In this document: one piece after another, positions 29,400 through 37,069 of the stretch | Numbering within the stretch: the stretch's first letter is position 1 | How the letters are laid out: each line of letters starts with the position of its first letter | Source: a virus | Lineage: Duplodnaviria > Caudoviricetes | Virus record (IMG/VR): IMGVR_UViG_3300028797_002495 | Coordinates: 17,756-81,755 of that record | DNA length: 64,000 nucleotides | Reading direction: 5' to 3' (one strand) | Notes under the pieces: model-generated | What the model was told of the DNA's origin: nothing | Databases searched by the model: none | What the model saw: only the letters and a program-made list of their open reading frames with translations | Made by a program: the position numbers and the translations under genes

Positions 29400-29587
29400 T
29401 ATTTCACCTCCTTAAAATCTCCATCAACAAATTTAATAAACTGCATATATCCGTTTTCTTCATTACAAATTGTTCCAAAATAACTCATAGTATAAATACC
29501 TTCACGCTTTATTCCTGTACCACGAAGACATTCATTAAATTTTGGACAATCTGTTGTTCCGCATAAACAAATATCGTAGTCGATCAT
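29399..29587 (-). CDS. Small Cys-rich hypothetical protein
   Basis: DICLC..TDCPKFNECLR. Confidence 0.55.
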   Translation of the reverse strand: MIDYDICLCGTTDCPKFNECLRGTGIKREGIYTMSYFGTICNEENGYMQFIKFVDGDFKEVK

Positions 29588-29616
29588 TGTTTATATTCTC
29601 CTTTCTTCCGTGATAT

Positions 29617-30264
29617 CTATTTATAAAAGTGGTGACAATTATCACTAAACACATAATCACCGCCACTGAATTTTTCTTGCTTTGTCATAGAGTGGAACCA
29701 CAAACAATCATCCGCAGCCGTAGCTACACAAAAAGCATATTCTACAGCCAGCTTAGTTTCTTCATCAATTTCTGTTTTAGAAACATAAAATTGATTAGGT
29801 TGCATGATCACTTCGGTTAAAGTATCGGGGAATCTTTCGTTCTCAAGTCTTGCTAATACCACCGCTGCCACATGAGTTTTACTTTCAAAGTCAGCCCCGT
29901 GACATTCGCTTTCTACAACTCTTTCTAATAAATAAATCTCATCTTCGGAAAATACATCATCAATCCATTCGATCTCGCCATAGTCTGCAAATTCTTCATT
30001 CAAATCCTTATATGCTTTAAACCATTCAAGACTATCCTGAATATCATTAATTTCATCAAGCCTTTCAAGATATAGATCTCTAGGATTTATTACTGTTTGA
30101 ACTTCATAAACTATAGGCTCTATTGAATATTCTTCATAAACAACTTGTACTGGCTCTTTTTTAGGTGCTTCTTCAGTTAAAGCAATAGTTAAAATAAAAG
30201 CCAGTACATAAATAAAAATAACTACACAAATAAATATTAATACGTCTATAATTTTTCTTTTCAT
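29617..30264 (-). CDS. SleB-like cell wall hydrolase (Hydrolase_2) with N-terminal membrane anchor
   Basis: LERVVESEC...VAAVVLARL...FPDTLTEVIMQPNQF; N-terminal TM helix. Confidence 0.82.
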   Translation of the reverse strand: MKRKIIDVLIFICVVIFIYVLAFILTIALTEEAPKKEPVQVVYEEYSIEPIVYEVQTVINPRDLYLERLDEINDIQDSLEWFKAYKDLNEEFADYGEIEWIDDVFSEDEIYLLERVVESECHGADFESKTHVAAVVLARLENERFPDTLTEVIMQPNQFYVSKTEIDEETKLAVEYAFCVATAADDCLWFHSMTKQEKFSGGDYVFSDNCHHFYK

Positions 30265-30393
30265 CTAAGCCTCCAAAACTTTCTGATTAAAAATTCTTTG
30301 TTACCTATATAAATCAACCAACACGTTGGGCAATTATATATCCTTATCATTTCATTAACTCCTTTAATTTAATCAACACTTAATACATTTAAA

Positions 30394-30457
30394 TAGTGTT
30401 GGTGGGATTCGAACCCACAGATGCGGCTACATCTCTCACCCTTTTGTGAGCAACACT
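30394..30457 (-). ncRNA. Minimal tRNA-like four-way junction (element D)
   Basis: AGUGUUG/CAACACU stem, CUCAC/GUGAG, AGAUG/CAUCU (6-nt loop) and GUGGG-UUCGAAU-CCCAC T-arm, with no unpaired linkers. Confidence 0.6.
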
Positions 30458-30544
30458 CGTCTTTGAAAGGAGGTTTACGCATGTCACAAGAAACAAAAAA
30501 GACATGGAGTAAAGAAATTGAACCTATTTGCAACTAGGTTCTCG

Positions 30545-30616
30545 CTGGGATAGTTGGATTCGAACCAACGCATAACAGAGTCAAAGTCTGTTGTCTTACC
30601 GCTTGACGATATCCCA
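30545..30616 (-). tRNA. tRNA-Gln (UUG), CCA not encoded
   Basis: TGGGATA/TATCCCA acceptor, ACAGA-CTTTGAC-TCTGT anticodon arm, GTTGG-TTCGAAT-CCAAC T-arm. Confidence 0.95.
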
Positions 30617-30625
30617 GTATTTTTA

Positions 30626-30823
30626 TTATAATTCTTCAATTACTTTGAAAAAATTATATTCTCTATTAAGTTCTTCATAACGTTTAACCAAAACATCATG
30701 TCCGTTTTCTGAGAGCCAATTTTTTCCAAACTTAGCTACTATGTTGCAAACATGATAATCAGTTAATTCATGTTTAGGAATATTTATTCCTTTCTGATTT
30801 GTCCAATAATATTTTTCTTCCAT
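30626..30823 (-). CDS. Hypothetical 65-aa protein within the RNA cluster
   Basis: RBS GGAGG; ORF track. Confidence 0.65.
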   Translation of the reverse strand: MEEKYYWTNQKGINIPKHELTDYHVCNIVAKFGKNWLSENGHDVLVKRYEELNREYNFFKVIEEL

Positions 30824-30840
30824 TTTAACCTCCTAATTTT

Positions 30841-30910
30841 GGGCAGTTCCAATGGGGGAGATGCTAAATCTAGTCTCATTACATTCTCACCGCTAGTTGT
30901 GAGCAACCCT
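30841..30910 (-). ncRNA. Structured element E sharing a motif with element D
   Basis: GUUGCUCACA..GGUGAGA(G)AUGUA shared with 30394-30457; nested AAUG/CAUU and GAGA/UCUC stems. Confidence 0.35.
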
Positions 30911-30978
30911 TCTTGGCATTGTCATTCTCTGTGTGGTGTCCTGCTCTCTCACACATCATCTGGTCGCTATCCAGCCTC

Positions 30979-31062
30979 TGCACTCAGCGAGACTTGAACT
31001 CGCACGAGATAATTCTCAGCGGATTTTAAATCCGATTCGTCTGCCTATTCCGACATGAGTGC
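30979..31062 (-). tRNA. tRNA-Leu (UAA), type II, CCA not encoded
   Basis: GCACTCA/TGAGTGC acceptor, CGGA-TTTAAAA-TCCG anticodon arm, variable arm, GCGAG-TTCAAGT-CTCGC T-arm, discriminator A. Confidence 0.93.
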
Positions 31063-31064
31063 TT

Positions 31065-31177
31065 AATCATGGGTAGGGACTCGAACCCTACATGATAGAA
31101 CCCCTTTCCTAACATCAATCCTCCTTGCGTTCTATCTTTACCAACTCTTTAACGTCTACCAATTCGTCACCATGATT
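31065..31177 (-). ncRNA. tRNA-like element C (no canonical anticodon arm, long extra arm)
   Basis: AUCAUGG/CCAUGAU stem, D-arm ACG-AAUUGGUAGA-CGU, GAUAGAAC/GUUCUAUC arm, 6-bp T-stem GUAGGG-UUCGAGU-CCCUAC. Confidence 0.7.
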
Positions 31178-31184
31178 ACTAGAA

Positions 31185-31306
31185 TATTACCGGATATCTA
31201 GGAGTTGTGTAGTGGATTACTTCCTTCCACATGGGATCAACTCACATCCCAAGGGACATTCTGCCACCTGCCCTCTAGGGGGAAGTTTATACGAATGCTT
31301 CCAAAT
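31185..31306 (-). ncRNA. Structured spacer RNA F between elements B and C
   Basis: Hairpins GGAAG/CUUCC, GGGCA/UGUCC, GGGAU/AUCCC and GUGGA/UCCAC in GC-rich DNA with no good ORF. Confidence 0.4.
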
Positions 31307-31310
31307 CGGC

Positions 31311-31425
31311 TATCATGGGTAAGGATTTGCACCTTACATGATGCTTGTTAGTTTTTCTGTACGTAGGAACTATGTAGCATCCAAAATACCTATACTATTG
31401 CGTCTACCTATTCCGCCACCATGAT
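31311..31425 (-). ncRNA. tRNA-like element B
   Basis: AUCAUGG/CCAUGAU stem, D-arm GCG-GAAUAGGUAGA-CGC, GAUGCU/AGCAUC long arm, 6-bp T-stem GUAAGG-UGCAAAU-CCUUAC. Confidence 0.7.
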
Positions 31426-31429
31426 AATC

Positions 31430-31549
31430 ACTCTCTTAACATACTGCTTGCTCATTACGTGATTAAATCGAGCACTGTACTCCGTGTATGCTTGGAGTAG
31501 GTTTAGCATCACGCTGCATCCCCTCGGTCTTTTACGTGAATTCGACTAC
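31430..31549 (-). ncRNA. Structured spacer RNA G between elements A and B
   Basis: UACUCC/GGAGUA and UGCUC/GAGCA hairpins; CACGUAA occurs twice; GC-rich relative to the genome. Confidence 0.3.
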
Positions 31550-31639
31550 TATCATAGACAAGGACTCGAACCCTGCACACGATTTCCTACGTGACCACCG
31601 ACTTGCATCGATGTACCTTGACCATTCAGTTACTATGAT
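31550..31639 (-). ncRNA. tRNA-like element A (aberrant anticodon loop)
   Basis: AUCAUAG/CUAUGAU stem, D-loop GG, CAUCGA/UCGGUG stem with a 6-nt loop UGCAAG, variable arm CACG/CGUG, 6-bp T-stem GCAGGG-UUCGAGU-CCUUGU. Confidence 0.65.
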
Positions 31640-31656
31640 TATTGGGGGATATATAA

Positions 31657-32568
31657 TCAATGATTTCTCATCATTTGATTTTTTACTTGTTCATTAATTA
31701 ATTCTGCCATACTCGTATAAGCATTCATTCTAACATTTTGTTGATGTTCTTCTTGAATCATATATCTTATCGCAGACTCAATAAATAACGGAGCTTTTTC
31801 CCTACCAGACAATTTGAAACGATTATAATTAATGTCAAGATAATCGTTTATTTCTTCTGGAAGAATCTCAATTTGTTTATATGAAGATTTATCTTTTGCC
31901 GTACACATCTTACAAAGATCATTCTTTATATATAATTGAGATTTATTATAAGCTTCATAATGATCTCTTGCCCTTCTTGGACAATCTATTCCGCATTGTT
32001 CATCTACAAGAAGTTCAAATAAATTATGTGTTGTAAATGACGATAACGCTTTTAAATACGGTATGTCTTTATTTTTATATTTAGATACTACTATAGTTGA
32101 ATATTTATCTAAGTCTTCTGTAGTAATTGTTGCATCATTAATAATTGATCTTGCAATTCTAATGTTCGGATATTTATCTCTGATATATTTTTCGAGAATA
32201 TCAGAACATATTAATATTTCTATATCATATCTATTCGCAAGATCTAAAAGAGCGTTGCCATATCTATCGTATACATCATTTTCTTCAAGAAGAAAATTTG
32301 TGAAAGTAAACTGTATGTCTGACAAGAAACTTTTATAAAATGAAATGATCATTTCAAGAGTTTCAATGTCGTATTGTTGCCCCATTATTAAGCGTCCACC
32401 ATTCCAGATACAATTATTAGGACAGCCATATCCAACAAGTTTAATATCTCCTCTATTAATATTAGTATCAAGTAATGCATGATAAATATAATTTATTCTG
32501 TCAAAAATACCTATTTCAAAATATATTGGTACATGGAAATATACCGTGTTTTTATAATTAAATTCCAT
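31657..32568 (-). CDS. Peptidase U32-like (Fe-S hydroxylase family) protein; start ATG 32568 rather than the track start 32628
   Basis: CIWNGGR, FTFTNFLL, LLVDEQCGIDCPRR..HY, FKLSGR; GGAG RBS before MEFNYK. Confidence 0.6.
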   Translation of the reverse strand: MEFNYKNTVYFHVPIYFEIGIFDRINYIYHALLDTNINRGDIKLVGYGCPNNCIWNGGRLIMGQQYDIETLEMIISFYKSFLSDIQFTFTNFLLEENDVYDRYGNALLDLANRYDIEILICSDILEKYIRDKYPNIRIARSIINDATITTEDLDKYSTIVVSKYKNKDIPYLKALSSFTTHNLFELLVDEQCGIDCPRRARDHYEAYNKSQLYIKNDLCKMCTAKDKSSYKQIEILPEEINDYLDINYNRFKLSGREKAPLFIESAIRYMIQEEHQQNVRMNAYTSMAELINEQVKNQMMRNH

Positions 32569-32671
32569 TACAACTCCTATATACGGAAAGGTGTGGGGAC
32601 GAGTGCCTGTTCTCATCCCCACTGTCAACAGAAAGGAGACGCATTAAGCATCTATATAAACCATGGAAGGT

Positions 32672-33082
32672 TTATTGCAAAGTTAATTGAATATCCTCCC
32701 AGAGTTTTTCGGGAGTGTCTATTCTTACAGTGTTGCCGTCGGGGTAAGTAACCTCATTATAGTTATCGTCCTTACCGTAAGACGTATCATAGATCCACCA
32801 TTCAATATTATATTTAACATCTTTAATTTTGTCAGGTTTTTCACTAGCCACAGTCGCAGCTAATAATTCAGTGATCAAATTCTCAGCCGGAAGAACTATA
32901 GTGTCTTCCCCGATAAAATCGGTATTAACGCATTTTAATCCTTGAATTAAACCAGATACTTTATTACGGAACTCTGTGAGTTCTTCAAGAGTATTAATTG
33001 TTTTAAGGAATAATTCTTTCTTGTCCATATGTAACATCCTTTCTATGTAATAGTTTATCACTTTCTGTAATTTTGTCAACAC
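32672..33082 (-). CDS. Hypothetical protein (true start probably MDKKE)
   Basis: ORF track; IEWWIYDTSYG...IDTPEKLWE. Confidence 0.55.
   Translation of the reverse strand: MLTKLQKVINYYIERMLHMDKKELFLKTINTLEELTEFRNKVSGLIQGLKCVNTDFIGEDTIVLPAENLITELLAATVASEKPDKIKDVKYNIEWWIYDTSYGKDDNYNEVTYPDGNTVRIDTPEKLWEDIQLTLQ
33068..33079 (-). promoter_or_regulatory. SigA-type promoter with conserved TTGACAAAATTA -35 box (1 of 6)
   Basis: TTGACA + 16 nt + TAAACT with a TG extension. Confidence 0.7.
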
Positions 33083-36000
33083 TTAATCACTAAATATTTT
33101 TGTAAAATTTCTTCAAGATCATTTTCGTCTCTATACCATTGCTTTTTTCCATTCTTATCAAGGATCTCACGACCATTTTCATCCTTAACAAGTTTAAATT
33201 TTGGCTCAGGGCTAATCTTTTCTATCTTAATAATAGTTCCTTTAGTGATAGGATTCTGGGTTTGTGTTTTTTTACGACACTTAATCTTGATAGTTTCACC
33301 AGCTCTTAATTGATATAAAGTTAACATAGCTTCTTTAATATCAGTAATATAATAATACTTTTCGCCTATATCAATAGTGGTTTGTATATACCCAAGATGT
33401 TCCTGTTCGTAAGTTAGTTTATCAAGCAGCGTGGTCTTTGGATAATCAACAACTTTAAGAACTTCTTTAAGTAACGTTACGCAATCAAGTATCTTATATT
33501 GTTTTTCAGTTTCTGTACAATATTGTGCCAATAAATACTTCGGAATATAATCCGGTACCTTATTTTTGGTCAACTGTTTTGCTTCACCTTTTTTGAAAAA
33601 ATTGTAGATTTCTACAATTTTAAGGATTTGATTAATGTCTCCGAACTCTTCAAAAAATCCTAACTTAATAAGAATATCAAGTTGCCTACTATTACAGCTT
33701 GTCTGTTCTATATCATAAAGTAAATCAATAAAACTATCATATTTGTTGTCACGAAAATTGTATAATTCTTGAGACACAGATTCGTTCATGAATTTAATAC
33801 TAGCTAATCCTTTATATATAATGCGTTCAGCAGGATCACACGAATAATTAAATATTGAATGTCTAAATCTAATTGAAGATATTTTGATACCTTGTTTTCT
33901 AGCATAAGCAGTTAATGCAATAGTCTTATCTTCGTTATCTTTATTGATATTTAAAGCACAAGTTAAAAATTCTACGGGATAATGATATCTTAAATATCCA
34001 CAAGCATATCCTTCATAACTATATGGCTGAGAATGATTTAACGAAAACAGATATGAACTAGCGTCTTCTATAACCTTAATAAATGCGACTATATCTTCTT
34101 CGGATTTAGATTCTTCTATGCCATACTTATCTTTCATCGTCTTAATATATCCGTCTATATAATGCTGACTTTTATCTGTAAGATAACCGCCATTTTTAAT
34201 AATCGGAATATATTGATCTGTACCAGTTTTCTTGGCAAATCCACGTCTTACAATGTCAGCTTCACCCATTGTAAATCCACAATATAAATGTAGAAAATCG
34301 ATAATCTGACACTGGAACACCAAATAGCCAAATGTATTACTTAGGAAGTCATCTATTGGCTTAGATCCCGTACTACGAATTACTCCGTTGGCAAGGTCTT
34401 CTCTGTAAGAAGCACCAGCAGGACGAATAGCAGAATTTCCTATACTCAACAAAGTCATTCTGTCTACGTTTTCATCTAATTCTTGAAACTTCTTAATGTT
34501 TTTATCAGAGAGTAGTTTCTTAATATAATCATCACCAGTCTTACCCTCCCATTGGAATATAGCCGTTGTATCATCACGCATCGAATTCCAAACATCTACA
34601 TCATTGATATCTAAATCATCAGGCAACAACATTGGTATTCCTGCCATATCACAAGTGTTAGATATTAATTCGATAGTGTCGAGCTTAAGTAAATCCAACT
34701 TAACATAGTTAAGACCATCAATCTCTTTCATATATATTTGCGAGATTGGACAGTTATCAGTAGAAGTTGAACATAATCCCATGCTGTCTTCAAGAGGCTG
34801 AGGAGATACAACCATACCACACGGATGATTTCCTATACTAACTATTACTCCTTTAACCAAATCAACATAATGAAATAGTTCAGGATATTTTTCTCTGCTC
34901 TTAATATATTCTTCTTCATTATCAACTGTATCACATATTTCAGCTACTTCTGACAATGGCATATCTAATGCTCTACCTATATCACGGATTGCTCCTTTGT
35001 CAGCAATTGTATTAAATGTAATAATATCAGAGCAATATAATCCATGATGATTAAATATATATTGCTTAACTTCTTCAATCCTTGACGGAGGGAAATCGGT
35101 ATCTATATCCGAAAGACTAACTCTTTCAACATTCATAAACCTTTCAAAGTTCAGCTTGTGCTTAATAGAATCCATTTCTGTGATGCCTAAAACCCAAGCA
35201 ATCACGCTACCATTTACTGAACCTCTTCCATACCCGATATGAATATTCTGAGTTCTACACCACGAAACAATATCTTCCATAAGAAGCATGAAGTCAATAG
35301 CTCCATTATGTTTGTATGCTTGCATTTCGTATTTAATACGGTCGGCATATTCTTGTCTGTTAGGATATTTATCTACCCCACGATCCTTTAATCCTTGCTT
35401 AATCTTCTGCCATAATAATTTTTCAGAATCTTCCCATAGATGAGGATATTTATAGCTTCTATCTAATTCAAATGCTTCTACAGAATCTGCAATAACATTT
35501 GTATTTTCTATGGCTTGTTTTACAATGTCCATGGGTAATGAATCTTGTAATTCATAAGCTGCAATTAATTCATCGTAAGACTTAAATGCCAAATCCCAAC
35601 CTTCTTCATTATCAAAATATATTTTCTTTGATTTCTGAAGCATATCTCTGCCGTCAAAATGATCCTGGTTTAAATAATGAGTATCGGTCATGGCAACTAA
35701 ACTTAACCCATACTTTTGACTAAGTTTATAAAGATACTGGTTATACTTTTTTTGTTGTTCGACATTATGATGTTGAATCTCAAGATAGCATCTGTGTTTA
35801 TTGTTCTTTAAAAACTTAATAAATTTTTTTCGTATATCGTCAGTTCCACACACAAGAATTCCACCAAGACAAGCAGTAGAAATTATTATATTATCTGAAG
35901 TATTTATTAATTCATCATAAGTTATACGAGGAACATAATAAAAATGTCCGTCTTCTCTGTTAAAAGATTTAGAAGATAGTGTATTAATCTCTTCTACTCC

Positions 36001-36288
36001 GGCATAATTTTTCGCAATTAATAAACAATGATAATTATCTCTAATTATCTTATCAAGAGATTCTGTGACATAAAATTCTTCAGCATGAATATATTTCATC
36101 CCAGCCTTTTCTATTGTTTCTTTTTTCTTGACCCATTGAAACACAGATCCATGCTCAGAAAAAGCCATAGCGGTCATTTCTAACTCTTTGGCTTTATCTA
36201 TATAATGATAATATTTAGTTATACTATCTATATTAGTAATACCATTACTAAGATCGCTATGAAGATGTAATACGGTATAATTCTGCAT
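33076..36288 (-). CDS. dnaE: DNA polymerase III alpha subunit (PHP + catalytic domains)
   Basis: LHLHSDLS PHP motif, GRGSVNGS, LSDIDTDF, VKLDLL, YSFSLNHS-like motif. Confidence 0.95.
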   Translation of the reverse strand: MQNYTVLHLHSDLSNGITNIDSITKYYHYIDKAKELEMTAMAFSEHGSVFQWVKKKETIEKAGMKYIHAEEFYVTESLDKIIRDNYHCLLIAKNYAGVEEINTLSSKSFNREDGHFYYVPRITYDELINTSDNIIISTACLGGILVCGTDDIRKKFIKFLKNNKHRCYLEIQHHNVEQQKKYNQYLYKLSQKYGLSLVAMTDTHYLNQDHFDGRDMLQKSKKIYFDNEEGWDLAFKSYDELIAAYELQDSLPMDIVKQAIENTNVIADSVEAFELDRSYKYPHLWEDSEKLLWQKIKQGLKDRGVDKYPNRQEYADRIKYEMQAYKHNGAIDFMLLMEDIVSWCRTQNIHIGYGRGSVNGSVIAWVLGITEMDSIKHKLNFERFMNVERVSLSDIDTDFPPSRIEEVKQYIFNHHGLYCSDIITFNTIADKGAIRDIGRALDMPLSEVAEICDTVDNEEEYIKSREKYPELFHYVDLVKGVIVSIGNHPCGMVVSPQPLEDSMGLCSTSTDNCPISQIYMKEIDGLNYVKLDLLKLDTIELISNTCDMAGIPMLLPDDLDINDVDVWNSMRDDTTAIFQWEGKTGDDYIKKLLSDKNIKKFQELDENVDRMTLLSIGNSAIRPAGASYREDLANGVIRSTGSKPIDDFLSNTFGYLVFQCQIIDFLHLYCGFTMGEADIVRRGFAKKTGTDQYIPIIKNGGYLTDKSQHYIDGYIKTMKDKYGIEESKSEEDIVAFIKVIEDASSYLFSLNHSQPYSYEGYACGYLRYHYPVEFLTCALNINKDNEDKTIALTAYARKQGIKISSIRFRHSIFNYSCDPAERIIYKGLASIKFMNESVSQELYNFRDNKYDSFIDLLYDIEQTSCNSRQLDILIKLGFFEEFGDINQILKIVEIYNFFKKGEAKQLTKNKVPDYIPKYLLAQYCTETEKQYKILDCVTLLKEVLKVVDYPKTTLLDKLTYEQEHLGYIQTTIDIGEKYYYITDIKEAMLTLYQLRAGETIKIKCRKKTQTQNPITKGTIIKIEKISPEPKFKLVKDENGREILDKNGKKQWYRDENDLEEILQKYLVIKC

Positions 36289-36337
36289 TTAACTCTCCAA
36301 TCGTATAATCATTATAATATAATTATACTTACCGATA

Positions 36338-36349
36338 TAATTTTGTCAA
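36338..36349 (-). promoter_or_regulatory. SigA-type promoter upstream of dnaE (2 of 6)
   Basis: TTGACAAAATTA; TATAAT 16 nt after TTGACA. Confidence 0.8.
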
Positions 36350-36352
36350 CTG

Positions 36353-37069
36353 TTAGGCTAATAATTTATCAAGTGGGAATCTTAATTCAGTAGTTTTAAG
36401 CCAATCAATATATGAGGGATCATTATCCATAACTTCTTCAAGTGTTTCTCCATTATGCTTGCCAAATGTAAATCTGTATTCAGCAGGAGTAGGAACTGCT
36501 CTCTCAAATCTCATTTCAATATCTTTACGTGAAGCAAGATAATCTGCCCAGTGAATGATCTTCTGATATTTATTGCTAGGCTTAGGAAGAACTACCTTAC
36601 TTCTATCTGAAGTATTCCACTGCCCCATATGTGATTCTATCGCAGTAGCGATAATTTCTATTTCAGTGTCTGGAATTATATTACTTCCTAAATAATCTCT
36701 AACAACTGATGCTGCGAGTAAAGGATGTTCAAATTTTGTATATTTATTCTTTTCATAATCTTCTTGTGATCCACTCTTACGAGTATCGTGCATAAGTCCT
36801 GCAATACGCATTAAATCTTTCTCACGAGAAGTCCAGGAAGATCCCATACAATCTATTTCGAAAGTATAATTAAGAATACGAACCAAAGCTATTGTATGAC
36901 GAACTAATCCACCCTCGCCTAAAGCATATGCGGGATGGTATTTTCCCGTAGAGCTACTTGGAACATGATAAAAATATTCCGGAATCGTTGTAAGTAGCTC
37001 TTCTGCAAATTCTTTTATATCATCGTTTTCAATTTTTACAATAATTTCATCCAACACATTTGTTTTCAT
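36353..37069 (-). CDS. HD-domain phosphohydrolase with C-terminal DUF3820-like module
   Basis: GKYHP..GLVRHT...LMHDTRK...ESHMGQW...ADYLAS; FTFGKHNGETL..DPSYIDWL. Confidence 0.85.
   Translation of the reverse strand: MKTNVLDEIIVKIENDDIKEFAEELLTTIPEYFYHVPSSSTGKYHPAYALGEGGLVRHTIALVRILNYTFEIDCMGSSWTSREKDLMRIAGLMHDTRKSGSQEDYEKNKYTKFEHPLLAASVVRDYLGSNIIPDTEIEIIATAIESHMGQWNTSDRSKVVLPKPSNKYQKIIHWADYLASRKDIEMRFERAVPTPAEYRFTFGKHNGETLEEVMDNDPSYIDWLKTTELRFPLDKLLA

Noticed and set aside
31200-31245. SRP RNA (GGAAGGAAG resembles helix 8)
   Set aside because: The required CAGGUCC 5' strand and the symmetric/asymmetric loops are missing.
31065-31425. tmRNA or its tRNA-like domain
   Set aside because: No G3-U70 alanine identity pair, no tag reading frame or pseudoknot region, and the elements have D-stems.
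30390-31650. CRISPR array
   Set aside because: The recurring sequences are tRNA-like stems of unequal length and spacing, not identical direct repeats; the Cas4-like nuclease at 39411 sits in a replication context.
32593-32622. GC-rich hairpin upstream of the U32-like gene as a riboswitch or terminator
   Set aside because: Single hairpin with no recognisable aptamer and no clear U-tract; function cannot be supported.
33076-36288. Intein in DnaE or the helicase
   Set aside because: Lengths are normal and no C/S...HN splice-junction or LAGLIDADG blocks were seen.
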